In this document: piece by piece, positions 1 to 9,313 of the stretch | Position numbering within the stretch: position 1 is the stretch's first letter | Layout: each line of letters begins with the position of its first letter | Source of the DNA: Methanoregula sp. | GTDB taxonomy: Archaea > Halobacteriota > Methanomicrobia > Methanomicrobiales > Methanospirillaceae | Direction: 5' to 3' | DNA: 64,000 nt | NCBI GenBank assembly: GCA_039698055.1 | Contig: JBDKTL010000021.1 | Location: 1-64,000, forward strand | Position numbers and translations under genes: made by a program | Notes under the pieces: model-generated | Databases searched by the model: none | Seen by the model: only the letters and a program-made list of their open reading frames with translations | What the model was told of the DNA's origin: nothing

Positions 1-97
1 TAACCGCATCAATAACGTCACGATCTACAATGCAAAATGGGAGATTGTAAAAGCTGCCATCGCGGACTATCTGGCTCATCCAAAATACACGCTCTAA
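1..97 (+). CDS. 3' end of a gene entering the window (..NRINNVTIYNAKWEIVKAAIADYLAHPKYTL*)
   Basis: Open frame from nt 2 to TAA at 95-97, followed by a T-run (archaeal terminator-like). Product unknown. Confidence 0.55.
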   Translation, partial: NRINNVTIYNAKWEIVKAAIADYLAHPKYTL

Positions 98-224
98 TTT
101 TTTTCTAGATCTTGTGCGTAAGTCCTACGGAAAAAGCCTGATCCTGAGATCGATCCCTCACTTTGACGGGCGACAGGATCAAAAAAATGGGAAGTACCGG
201 GAAAACGCGATCCGGTCCGGGGCA

Positions 225-3200
225 TTACAGCATATACCGGATCCGGTCCATTTGTTTTTTCCTCCGCATGACATAAAAAAGAAGGGCAAGAACGGCAATA
301 ACCGCGATGACGATAATGTTCTTTGCCGCCTGCTCACAAGCCCAGATGATCATGTCGATAAAAATACTGACAGCCGTTGTGGGCGGGGGCTGTGGGACCG
401 GTGCGGGAAGATTATTACTCTTCTGCCCCGCTGTGCCCTTACGGGTCACCGGAAGATTTTTTGGCATACTAAACAGTGCAAAGCAGCAAAAATGAGAAAT
501 TTTGGCCGTAATCGTACTGGTTTCCGGTGAATAGACCGTAGGGAGATCGGTCCAGGTACCGGTCGTGTGATCGTAGCTTTTAATGGAATAGTCTTTGCCC
601 CATTGTGCGTCCGGATACGAAATAGTGAGTGTGATATCCGGGGAGAATGTTGCACCGTCAGGGCCAAGCTCATAGGCAATACCATCAAACGAGAACGTTT
701 CACCCTGCGGCAGGTTTGAAAGGGATTCAGCAGGATTCGATTTTATGGTCACCGAAGAGAGTACGTTACCGTCACGGTCTTTTGCCACGATTCCCTTTCC
801 AATAGAAAGTGTGGCATGGTTATCGGTCGACGCGAGCATGGTTGCCTGCGTGATTACCCCGTTTGCATTATTATAGAGATATGCCGTTTTACCCGGATCG
901 ACTGGTGCCGGGTTGGGTTCCTGTACCGGTGCGTTTTGTTGTCCATGTGCAGTACCCGATACCGTTCCACCGGCTTGGCTGGAATCCAGTGAGCCGGAAC
1001 TGTCCTGCCCGTTAATGTAGCTGGCAACAGAGAGGGTGATGAGCTGGAGCGGGTTGCCGGCGCCTTCCAGAAAAGACAAACCGAACGTTGAGAGGCCCTG
1101 GGACGATTCGGCCTCAAAATAATCAAGATTTTCTGTTGAATTATGGTACAGGAACCGTGTTTTCAGCACCTGCCCGGACAGGCCGTCATCGCTGATCCGC
1201 TCGATAAACACTTCATCGCGTCCCCCGGGTTTTGAAGCAACCAGCGTCGCGTTCAGGCTCATGTGCATGAGGGCGGTCCCGCTGGCCGGGAAATTGGTTT
1301 TAATGATTTTTACGGTATAGGCAGTACCATTTGTTCCCGCATAATGACTTCCCGTGGCGATATAATTGAAATTCGTCGCATCTGTTCCTGTTGCACCTTC
1401 CCAGATTTTTGTGTTCAGTACCGCGTTCTCGGGGTAAGACGAAAGATCTATGGAGTAGTTGACCTTGACAAACGGGCTTCCGGTAGAGAGGGAAAATCCT
1501 GTCGGGACGATATCCTTTGTCTCGAAGTGGACACTGCCGATAGTGCCGTTAATCGTAGTACCAGAAACCACAAACCCGCCCGGGTCGGTCGTAAATATAC
1601 TGATATTCCCCAATCCCCGGTCTGGCGGGGGTGTAAAAACAAGCACCGAAGTGTTCGGGTTAAATGTCCAGTCAGTAAGAGTAGTCCGGTCAAAAACCAG
1701 ATATTGATGGCCGCTGTGATCCTGGATACCGATACCGGCGACGGTCATATTTACGCGTTCATTAGCCCCGGCGAGCATGGTGATATAGCCGGTCCGGGTT
1801 TTCGTGTCTGCACCGAACGTATTGGACACGATAAGGGAGACCGTGTACACACCGGGAGTCAGGTACTCATGCGTTGGGTTCTGTATCGTTTTGTTTGTCC
1901 ATGTCCCATCGCCCCAGCTCCAGTTCCACTGCGTCGGGGTTCCATGGGAGGTGTCGGTAACGGTGATGGTGGCGGGCACTACGTCGCTTGTTGGGGATGC
2001 TGTAAAATCTGCTACGGGTCTTCCTGCGACGACACTACCCGTGACGGTTATGGCGTTCCGGCAGTAAGGATTGCTCACGATAAGGGACACATTGTATGCC
2101 TGGTTGGCGGCGAAGGTATGACCCGGGTTCTCCAGCGTCGAATTGGACCCGTCGCCGAAATCCCAGAACCAGTGGGTGATCGGGTTTGACAGCGACTGGA
2201 CAGAGCTATCGGTGAAATGAACGGTTACCGGGGCACTTCCTCCGGCAAAGTCGTTCGTGAACCCGGCAACCGGGCAGGCTCCGGGCGAGCTGCTGGTGTA
2301 AAGATGGACATTATAATTCCCGCCGGCGGGCTGTTCGTCCCAGACAATCCGGTAGATCGATTGTACCGGAGAATACGATATTGACGGGAAATTTACCCCG
2401 CCGCGGTCGAGCGCAATGGGAAGACTCTGGGGAATGCCCGTATCGTTTACAACGATGTCAAAGTTGGAAGGATGAGTGGCATTGGTCTGTTTCCACACCA
2501 CCCAGTCCCCGGAAATTGCCGGTGACTGGTGATCGATACCCGGTTCGTTGGGAGTGAGGCTGTACTCATCGCCCGGGGCAGTACCGTTCGTGAATATCTC
2601 GTCATTCCCGTTCCGGTTATCCTGCCAGACGATCCTGTTCCCGTAGATACCCGGACTTGTCTGCTCCCCGGGATCATTTGTGATCCGGGTCAGCAGATGG
2701 GTTACGATATCCGACAGGTAAATTTCAGAGTCCCCGGACAGGTCGTCCTGCCAGACAACAGAATTCTCATAAAGTGCCGGAAAAATCTGGTTGCCCCCGG
2801 TGACTCCAACCTCACTTTCAAGACCAGGTGAGGAACCGTTACCATAGATCTCGAAAATTCCATTCCGGTCATCGTGCCAGACAACCCGGTTGTTGTATAT
2901 GGCCGGGAAATCCTCCACGCTCGATCCTGATGAAACCGGGGTTCTTGTTCCGGTGATAATATTATTGATATAAATTGCAGAATTAGTGCACAGGGGATCT
3001 GCCGCACAATCAGTATATGCGACGAGATTTCCGGAGATCGCCGGGTGGGTGGCAAAACTTGTATTATCGGTAATCTCACGCTCAGAACCTGAGGTAGTGT
3101 TGTAAAGATAAACAATTCCAAAATTCTGGTTTAAATTGTGCCAGACGATCTGATCTCCAGAGATTCTGGGTTCGCCATAGTCAAGGCCGTTGGAATGTAC

Positions 3201-3311
3201 CGTCAGGAGAGTTTCTGTTCCGGCTGCGATGGAAGGGGCGGCAATAAGAACCGCTGAGAGAAAAAGGAAAATAATTTTTTCAAGAAATTTTCCTGAACCG
3301 GTTTTTCGCAT
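225..3311 (-). CDS. Cell-surface protein: signal peptide, TolB-like beta-propeller repeats, 2 PKD domains, C-terminal membrane anchor
   Basis: N-terminal basic/hydrophobic signal. Repeats of PAIxGxxVVWxDxRNG. PKD motifs WFWDFGDG..NPGHTF and WNWSWGDG..NPTHEY. Pro-rich linker, TM helix and RRKK tail. Confidence 0.9.
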   Translation of the reverse strand: MRKTGSGKFLEKIIFLFLSAVLIAAPSIAAGTETLLTVHSNGLDYGEPRISGDQIVWHNLNQNFGIVYLYNTTSGSEREITDNTSFATHPAISGNLVAYTDCAADPLCTNSAIYINNIITGTRTPVSSGSSVEDFPAIYNNRVVWHDDRNGIFEIYGNGSSPGLESEVGVTGGNQIFPALYENSVVWQDDLSGDSEIYLSDIVTHLLTRITNDPGEQTSPGIYGNRIVWQDNRNGNDEIFTNGTAPGDEYSLTPNEPGIDHQSPAISGDWVVWKQTNATHPSNFDIVVNDTGIPQSLPIALDRGGVNFPSISYSPVQSIYRIVWDEQPAGGNYNVHLYTSSSPGACPVAGFTNDFAGGSAPVTVHFTDSSVQSLSNPITHWFWDFGDGSNSTLENPGHTFAANQAYNVSLIVSNPYCRNAITVTGSVVAGRPVADFTASPTSDVVPATITVTDTSHGTPTQWNWSWGDGTWTNKTIQNPTHEYLTPGVYTVSLIVSNTFGADTKTRTGYITMLAGANERVNMTVAGIGIQDHSGHQYLVFDRTTLTDWTFNPNTSVLVFTPPPDRGLGNISIFTTDPGGFVVSGTTINGTIGSVHFETKDIVPTGFSLSTGSPFVKVNYSIDLSSYPENAVLNTKIWEGATGTDATNFNYIATGSHYAGTNGTAYTVKIIKTNFPASGTALMHMSLNATLVASKPGGRDEVFIERISDDGLSGQVLKTRFLYHNSTENLDYFEAESSQGLSTFGLSFLEGAGNPLQLITLSVASYINGQDSSGSLDSSQAGGTVSGTAHGQQNAPVQEPNPAPVDPGKTAYLYNNANGVITQATMLASTDNHATLSIGKGIVAKDRDGNVLSSVTIKSNPAESLSNLPQGETFSFDGIAYELGPDGATFSPDITLTISYPDAQWGKDYSIKSYDHTTGTWTDLPTVYSPETSTITAKISHFCCFALFSMPKNLPVTRKGTAGQKSNNLPAPVPQPPPTTAVSIFIDMIIWACEQAAKNIIVIAVIAVLALLFYVMRRKKQMDRIRYML

Positions 3312-3350
3312 TACCGCACCTGGTTTGTTCTACCTCATCCTCATTTGCCG

Positions 3351-4592
3351 TTAATACCCCTGTGCCCAGCCGATAGTGGAGAAATAATTGATAAACGCTC
3401 CCTGCTCGATGCCAAATATCGCATCGGTTGTATCTGACAAATCAAGAGTAAGTGCAATCTTGGTTACAGCATTTGCCGGGTACTGGGGTGTTTTTCCCAA
3501 CATAAACTCTGCATCAAGATAACTCCAGGAACTGTTGGGGCTCCGCACAATTTTCAGGAAATTCTTTACGGGATAATCCGGATCCGGGTCCCATAAGCCA
3601 AATGTCGTACGGAGTACGATGTAATGTCCTCCGTCCGGTGCATCGAAAGTGCCAAGAACCGGGTAGCAGTGATCGGCCATGATGGTCCTTGGGTCGAACT
3701 TGATGCCTCCGGGGTTACCGTTCGGATCGTACCTGCCGGCAGGGCTCTGGTCTTCTGATACATACGTCATTGCCACGAGAGGATACCGTGTTTTGTTTAC
3801 ACCCCACACCTTGGTCTTTTCCAAACAGAATCCCATGTTAATAAAAGTGTAGAGTGAAGATCCTTTGGCGCTTGCGGATATTCCGCCAATCGCATTGAAC
3901 GTATTGGATGTCGTGGTGTATGCAAAACAATTCAGGCCGGTGAGATACATCAGGGCAATCGCGGCATTCCCGCCCCACTGGGGCTTGCTGATAGTCATGA
4001 CATCGGCATACGTGGGATCTTTTGTGGTATCGGCAAGATCATTAAGCGACATCGGTTTTCCGGGAGTCGCCAGCAGGGAAAGCCCGTTCGTATATATGCA
4101 GAATTTTGCATAGGCCCGTTCAAACAGTGCCGGCCATACCTCGTTTGGATTTGTTGACCCGGCGCCGTAAGAGATTCCCTTGGGATCAGAGGTCTTCAGG
4201 TTGCCGTCCTGCAGCACCTGGGAACCCACGGTGACTTTTCTTGGGATGCCCCCGGGATTGCCATTACAGTCCAGGGTATTAAGCTGGATACCTGAAGTCA
4301 GGCTTCCTGAAAGCGAGACCCCCGTTTTTCCCGGATAGTCCCAGAAAGTGAAGGTATAATTTCCCACGTCATCTGGTCCGGAGATATTCTGGATGATAAA
4401 ATTCCGGTTGACCCAGGCAAGGGAAGCAAGTGCAGCGATAAACGGGCAGTCCGGCAGGCATTGCCCCTGAACCGGATTGGGCCAGCTTGGCAGGGTTTTT
4501 GAGATCTTTGGCGTAAAATTAGCGGAATAAAATACCATAGGGGGATAGATGGGTTTGTATGCCGGGGGCGGATTGTCAGGGCAGGCCATCAT
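3351..4592 (-). CDS. Calpain-like (peptidase C2) cysteine protease domain protein with atypical triad
   Basis: QGQCLPDCPFIAALASLA (calpain QGxLGDCWFLAALASLA), NEVWPALFERAYAK, GGNAAIALMYLTG, DHCYPVLG (catalytic His), YIVLRTTFG at the LRNPWG position. Confidence 0.8.
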   Translation of the reverse strand: MMACPDNPPPAYKPIYPPMVFYSANFTPKISKTLPSWPNPVQGQCLPDCPFIAALASLAWVNRNFIIQNISGPDDVGNYTFTFWDYPGKTGVSLSGSLTSGIQLNTLDCNGNPGGIPRKVTVGSQVLQDGNLKTSDPKGISYGAGSTNPNEVWPALFERAYAKFCIYTNGLSLLATPGKPMSLNDLADTTKDPTYADVMTISKPQWGGNAAIALMYLTGLNCFAYTTTSNTFNAIGGISASAKGSSLYTFINMGFCLEKTKVWGVNKTRYPLVAMTYVSEDQSPAGRYDPNGNPGGIKFDPRTIMADHCYPVLGTFDAPDGGHYIVLRTTFGLWDPDPDYPVKNFLKIVRSPNSSWSYLDAEFMLGKTPQYPANAVTKIALTLDLSDTTDAIFGIEQGAFINYFSTIGWAQGY

Positions 4593-4690
4593 GCATCACC
4601 AACATGCAGCCATTTTCCCAGATTTTGTCTTTGTGGCACCGTTGTCCTCCCTTCGCTACGGTATGTAAAGGTCCCGGATTTTTTTACCAT
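4589..4690 (-). CDS. Unannotated 33-aa ORF MVKKSGTFTYRSEGRTTVPQRQNLGKWLHVGDA
   Basis: AGGAG about 9 nt upstream of the ATG. Its TGA overlaps the calpain ATG (ATGA). An AT-rich promoter-like tract lies upstream. Confidence 0.5.
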   Translation of the reverse strand: MVKKSGTFTYRSEGRTTVPQRQNLGKWLHVGDA

Positions 4691-4962
4691 GGCGTACAAC
4701 TCCTGTGTTTATTTAATAGTTTCACGGGAATTATTATAAATATTATTAAATTATTCTAAAAATAGTATCCATATATTGGATTTACGATAAAATGCTTTTA
4801 AAGGACAGGAATGCCCCGCGTATAATATCGTAGCAGAGAATCTTTGCCCATGAACCGGTGAATTCTTTTTACGTTCCGGGCAGACGGGATGAAAGAAAAA
4901 CTGGTTCAAGTGTCTGCCCTCATACCCCGGATGCTTTTTTTACATCGCTGGGGCCAGACAGC

Positions 4963-5928
4963 TCACGGCGTCTCCTCGGCCGTAATCTTAGTGATATACC
5001 ATGCATGAATCGCAAGAAGCAGATAGAGGGGAAAGAGCAGGCTGTACGTGTCAGTCTCCCCCCGGAATTTAAAAAGCCATACCGTCGCGGTTATATCAAT
5101 CTGGAAGATCATGATCCCCCACCATTTGCCCAGGTAGCCGTACCCGAGACCGGGCAGCAGGAAATTGAGAAAACCGGCGATCAGGGGATTTTTAGTAAAA
5201 TGCGGCCGGGCATACAGTCCACGCGGAAGTTCCATGTCCGATACACCGCATCGTTCAGCCGCATGCATCGCTTCCCACCGTACCTGACGGTCTTCATCGC
5301 CCAGAGCAGTAAGAAGTGCAGGCCCCGCCTCTTTTTCCCCCCGTTGCCCAAGAATTTTTATTGCATTCAGCCGGATCTCCCGGTCACGATCACCAAGAAG
5401 GAAAATAAGAGGCCGGACCAGAGAGGGATCGCTCTTTTTTAATGCATTCCAGTCCTGGAATCCTGCACAATACCATCCGTATTCTTCTTCACATGAAGGT
5501 GAATAGCCGATTTTCCTGAGTGCCCTGGCAGATCCAAACCGGACGTACTTGTCCCGGTCTTTGAGAGCCTGCGTGAGTGGCGCGATGGCAGCCGGATCTC
5601 CGATCTCCCCGAGTGCAAGGGTGACCTGCCATCGAATTTCACTTGACCGGTCATGGAGCATGCAGATGAGGACAGGCACCGAGCGGGGATCTTTTATTTC
5701 TGCCAGAGCATTGATGGCACCCAAACGGATGAGGCGGTTCTTTTTTTTACGGAGAACCGCATGCAGTTGAATTGTAGCATCAGGTCCCAGCTGACCCAGG
5801 GCATGGATTGCAGCAGTCTGGATGTTTGGATCGGATACAGCAAGTGCCCGTACCAGCCCGGCGACGTCCCTGGTCCCTGCCATCGCCGGGATATCATCGC
5901 TTTTTACCAGGATATCGTAGGGAAACAT
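4963..5928 (-). CDS. HEAT (PBS-lyase-like) repeat protein with C-terminal TM2-like membrane domain
   Basis: Repeats VRxxAAxALGxIGD. C-terminal KNPLIAGFLNFLLPGLGYGYLGKWWG followed by TM helices. Confidence 0.85.
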   Translation of the reverse strand: MFPYDILVKSDDIPAMAGTRDVAGLVRALAVSDPNIQTAAIHALGQLGPDATIQLHAVLRKKKNRLIRLGAINALAEIKDPRSVPVLICMLHDRSSEIRWQVTLALGEIGDPAAIAPLTQALKDRDKYVRFGSARALRKIGYSPSCEEEYGWYCAGFQDWNALKKSDPSLVRPLIFLLGDRDREIRLNAIKILGQRGEKEAGPALLTALGDEDRQVRWEAMHAAERCGVSDMELPRGLYARPHFTKNPLIAGFLNFLLPGLGYGYLGKWWGIMIFQIDITATVWLFKFRGETDTYSLLFPLYLLLAIHAWYITKITAEETP

Positions 5929-5933
5929 TCCCG

Positions 5934-6908
5934 TCAGACCTCCCGGTCAGAAATCTGATCTGCCCATTTGTACGTCTGGACAGCGAGGATGGCGGTGACC
6001 GGATAGGCAACCAGGTACGGCAGGAAAGGCCCGGTTGCGAGTTGTGCAAGGACCATGATCGACATATATGCCATAAACACCGGAAAACCCCACCATTTGC
6101 CCAGGTAGTTGTACCCAATGCCAAGAAACAGGAAGTTCAGGAGTGCAGCAGCTGCGGGATCGGGACCGGTACGTTTGTGCCCTGCCTCTATGAGAGGGAT
6201 ACGGTGCAGGGCGATCCCGCAATTCATCGATGCGCCGACCGCTTTCCATCGTGTCCGGGCATCGCCCCCTAAAAGAGCCATCCGGCAGATCTGCCGGGCA
6301 TTTTGATCCCCCAATTCCCCTATGACAGAGAGGATAGCTCGGCGTGTTTCCGGGTCATCTTCCTTAAAAATATTCATCAGCGGGCCTGTTGCCGCAGAAC
6401 CACGGGAACGCACGGTGTCCCAGTCCTGGCATGCGATAAGGAAGTACACGTAATCCGGTTCTGAATCCGGTACCTGCCTGAGCCGGGTAAGTGCCTGTGC
6501 GGAAGCGTACCGGATATACCGGTTTTTATCCCTGAGCATATGGACGAGCACCGGTACTGCCTCCCGATCATCGATCGTACCCAAAGCAATCACTGCCGCC
6601 AGTCTCACTTCCATGGTTTTTTCATGTTCAAGCACACCGGTAAGATACGAAAGTACACGGGGTAGCCTGCACGTACTTAAAAATTCGATGGCGCCAAGAC
6701 GAACGGAAACTGACGGGGAGTCTAACGCAGCAACGATCGCGGGCAGGACTCGATCTCCTGATGTACTGAGTGCTCCCGCTGCCCGCGAACGTACAGAAAA
6801 ATCCCCGTGACCAAGAAGTTGGACTAATTTTGGGATATTCCCCCGTTGTTCTAGTTTCACTATGTCAGGGACGGCAGGTTCCAAAACCCATAAGGCAGCC
6901 ATAAACAT
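5934..6908 (-). CDS. HEAT repeat protein with C-terminal TM2-like membrane domain (paralogue of neighbour)
   Basis: HEAT repeats. DPAAAALLNFLFLGIGYNYLGKWWG. Separated by 5 nt from its paralogue. Confidence 0.85.
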   Translation of the reverse strand: MFMAALWVLEPAVPDIVKLEQRGNIPKLVQLLGHGDFSVRSRAAGALSTSGDRVLPAIVAALDSPSVSVRLGAIEFLSTCRLPRVLSYLTGVLEHEKTMEVRLAAVIALGTIDDREAVPVLVHMLRDKNRYIRYASAQALTRLRQVPDSEPDYVYFLIACQDWDTVRSRGSAATGPLMNIFKEDDPETRRAILSVIGELGDQNARQICRMALLGGDARTRWKAVGASMNCGIALHRIPLIEAGHKRTGPDPAAAALLNFLFLGIGYNYLGKWWGFPVFMAYMSIMVLAQLATGPFLPYLVAYPVTAILAVQTYKWADQISDREV

Positions 6909-7290
6909 TGATAGATTATTTCTGGCTGATTATAATGTAAGCGAAAAAATGTAAGCGAAAATAATAATCTTGCGGATGATTTGACGCGAAAGGAATAACA
7001 TTCCCGTGGAAGATCGGTCCGTGCCAGTCCGGCCATGAACATAACGAAACAGAATTAAATTTTTTTCGCCGCACGGATTTCCGTTACCAGACCGTAAATT
7101 TTTTTTGATCATATCCCGGTCAGGATTTGTTCTATCGCAAACCGGGCTCCGCGATTATTCTCTCCCGGCGCTGTATTCTCCTCTCAATTTTTGCAAAAAC
7201 ACCCGCCAATTTTTATGCTTCCCGTCCATTTTAGGTAAAAAACGTATTAAAAGAACATGGCAGAAGTTCTAAACCGTTCCCCAAGGGGGG

Positions 7291-7455
7291 AAAAACAGGA
7301 AATAATCTTATGACGGTCGCATTGCATATCCAGAACCTGACCCGGCGTTTCAACGATCTGGTCGCGGTCGATAATATATCCTTTGATACCGATAAGGGAG
7401 AAATTTTTGGCCTGCCTGGCCACAACGGCGCCGGGAAAACAACAACTCTCTCGAT
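7291..7455 (+). repeat. 165-bp direct repeat, copy 1 (copy 2 at 8306-8470)
   Basis: Manual ungapped alignment gives 154/165 identical nt, covering the leader and first ~48 codons of the ABC ATPase. Confidence 0.95.
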
Positions 7456-7561
7456 CAGCCGTCAAACGTACCAGAATCCCCCGGATTCGAAATCTATAAA
7501 TACAGATTATATTAAGATATATCTTGAGATATGTCTTAATTGTAAGAGATGTCGTAGTTAA
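7310..7561 (+). pseudogene. Truncated duplicate of the ABC ATPase N-terminus
   Basis: MTVALHIQNLTRRFNDLVAVDNISF..GLPGHNGAGKTTTLS, then unrelated sequence. Walker A context is mutated relative to 8325..9311. Confidence 0.85.
7511..7540. promoter_or_regulatory. 30-bp imperfect palindrome, candidate PadR operator
   Basis: ATTAAGATATATCTTGAGATATGTCTTAAT lies ~35 nt upstream of padR. Confidence 0.65.
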
Positions 7562-7574
7562 AGGAGAGTAATCA

Positions 7575-8291
7575 ATGATGGAACACAATTTTGGAATGGA
7601 TGAAAGTCGCGCCCAGCGAGGACCCGGCTTTAGAGAAAACGATGGTTTCAACCCAGGGCCTCAAGAGAGATATGAGCAGGATTTCTGTGACCGGGAGTAT
7701 GGCGGTTTTAGTGGCAGAGAATGCCATGGTTTCGGAGAGAGAGATCATGGCGGTTTTAGTGGCAGAGACCCCCGTAGTATTATTGGCAGAGATCCCCGCA
7801 GTTTTATTGGCCTGGCTGGCTTTAGTGGCGGGCGGGAACGTTTATTCGATGCCGGCGATGTCAAGCTTGTTGTTCTCAAACTACTCTCGGAACAGCCAAG
7901 TTACGGATACCAGCTCATCAAGACCATGGAGCAACGCCTTGCCGGAGGTTATGCGCCAAGTCCCGGCGTGATTTATCCAACCCTGACGATGCTGGAGGAA
8001 GAGGGGCTTGCCATTGTATCATTAGAGGGCACAAAGAAGGTCTATTCGGTAACCCCCGAAGGAGTGCAATACCTCCAGACCAACGAGAAACGGGTAACGG
8101 AGTTATTTGAGCGTCTCGAAGAGGCGGGAAGGAGTTTCCAGCGCGGCCGATCACCCGAAATAATGAAAGCCTTCAAAAACTTGCACGGTGCTATGGTGGC
8201 ACGTATGTCGCGTGGAAGCGCAACACCGGAACAAATCAGCAAAATCGCAGAAGCTATCAATGCAGCTGCCAAGGCCATCGATGAACTTTAA
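7575..8291 (+). CDS. PadR-family transcriptional regulator (YqjI-like) with repetitive N-terminal extension
   Basis: RLFDAGDVKLVVLKLLSEQPSYGYQLIK..YAPSPGVIYPTLTMLEEEG..KKVYSVTPEG. AAGGAG RBS. Confidence 0.92.
   Translation: MMEHNFGMDESRAQRGPGFRENDGFNPGPQERYEQDFCDREYGGFSGRECHGFGERDHGGFSGRDPRSIIGRDPRSFIGLAGFSGGRERLFDAGDVKLVVLKLLSEQPSYGYQLIKTMEQRLAGGYAPSPGVIYPTLTMLEEEGLAIVSLEGTKKVYSVTPEGVQYLQTNEKRVTELFERLEEAGRSFQRGRSPEIMKAFKNLHGAMVARMSRGSATPEQISKIAEAINAAAKAIDEL
7692..7830 (+). repeat. 24-nt period tandem repeat encoding octapeptides (REYGGFSG/RECHGFGE/RDHGGFSG/RDPRSIIG/RDPRSFIG)
   Basis: Repeated ggcggttttagtggcagaga and ggcagaga(c/t)cccc units. Confidence 0.8.
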
Positions 8292-8324
8292 CTTCCCGGT
8301 TGGAGAAAAACAGGAAACAATATT

Positions 8325-9311
8325 ATGACGGTCGCATTGCATATCCAGAACCTGACCCGGCGTTTCAACGACCTGGTCGCGGTCGACAATATATCCTTTG
8401 ATATCGATAAGGGAGAAATTTTTGGCCTGCTTGGCCCAAACGGCGCCGGGAAAACCACGACCCTCTCGATGCTTGCCACCATGCTCGTGCCATCCTCAGG
8501 TTCGGCAACAGTCAATGGCATCGATATTGCGCAGGACCCGGACGGGGTCAGGAAATCGATTGGCATCGTCTTCCAGGACCAGAGCCTTGACGAGGAACTC
8601 ACCGCGTGGGAGAACATGGATTTCCATGGCCGGCTGTACCGTATCCCGGCAGAAACCCGCAAACAGCGGATCACGGAACTCCTGACGCTGGTCGAGCTTG
8701 AAAACCGCAAAGACGATATCGTGAAAACATTTTCCGGGGGCATGCGGCGGCGCCTTGAGATCGCACGCGGGCTACTCCACCACCCATCCGTCCTCTTCCT
8801 CGATGAACCAACGCTCGGCCTTGACCCGCAGACCCGCAACCACCTCTGGACGTACATCGCCACGCTCGCAGAAGAAAAAGGGATCACGATCATCCTCACC
8901 ACGCATTACATGGAAGAAGCCGACCGGTTGTGCAACCGGATTGCCATTATCGATCACGGCAAAATCATCGCCATCGATACACCGGAAAATCTCAAGAACG
9001 GACTTGGAGGTGACATTGTAACCATCAGGACTTCTGATCCGGCTGGCGCGGCACAAGTTCTCAAAGAGCCCTGGATCTCACGGGTGGAAACACATAACGA
9101 TGAAGTGATCGTGAGCCTGAAAAATGCCGACCAGTTTGTCAGCAGCATTGTCACGCTCCTGACCAGCCGCCAGATCCCGATCTCCTCGATCTCGATCCAC
9201 AAGCCCACCCTCGAGGACGTATTCCTCTCCTTTACCGGGACAACCATCCGGGAAGAGGAAGCAGACCATAAGGAAACCATGCGAACACACCAGCGAATGA
9301 TGAGGCACTGA
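8325..9311 (+). CDS. ABC exporter ATP-binding subunit (DrrA-like)
   Basis: GPNGAGKT, FSGGMRRR, LFLDEPT, TTHYM, C-terminal PTLEDVFL. Confidence 0.95.
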   Translation: MTVALHIQNLTRRFNDLVAVDNISFDIDKGEIFGLLGPNGAGKTTTLSMLATMLVPSSGSATVNGIDIAQDPDGVRKSIGIVFQDQSLDEELTAWENMDFHGRLYRIPAETRKQRITELLTLVELENRKDDIVKTFSGGMRRRLEIARGLLHHPSVLFLDEPTLGLDPQTRNHLWTYIATLAEEKGITIILTTHYMEEADRLCNRIAIIDHGKIIAIDTPENLKNGLGGDIVTIRTSDPAGAAQVLKEPWISRVETHNDEVIVSLKNADQFVSSIVTLLTSRQIPISSISIHKPTLEDVFLSFTGTTIREEEADHKETMRTHQRMMRH

Positions 9312-9313
9312 TC

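Noticed and set aside
6934-6961. Tandem AATGTAAGCGAAAA duplication
   Set aside because: Only two copies in an AT-rich promoter region; likely slippage.
6991-7006. NrpR-like box GGAATAACATTCC
   Set aside because: The spacer is 5 nt rather than the canonical GGAA-N6-TTCC, and the neighbours are not nitrogen genes.
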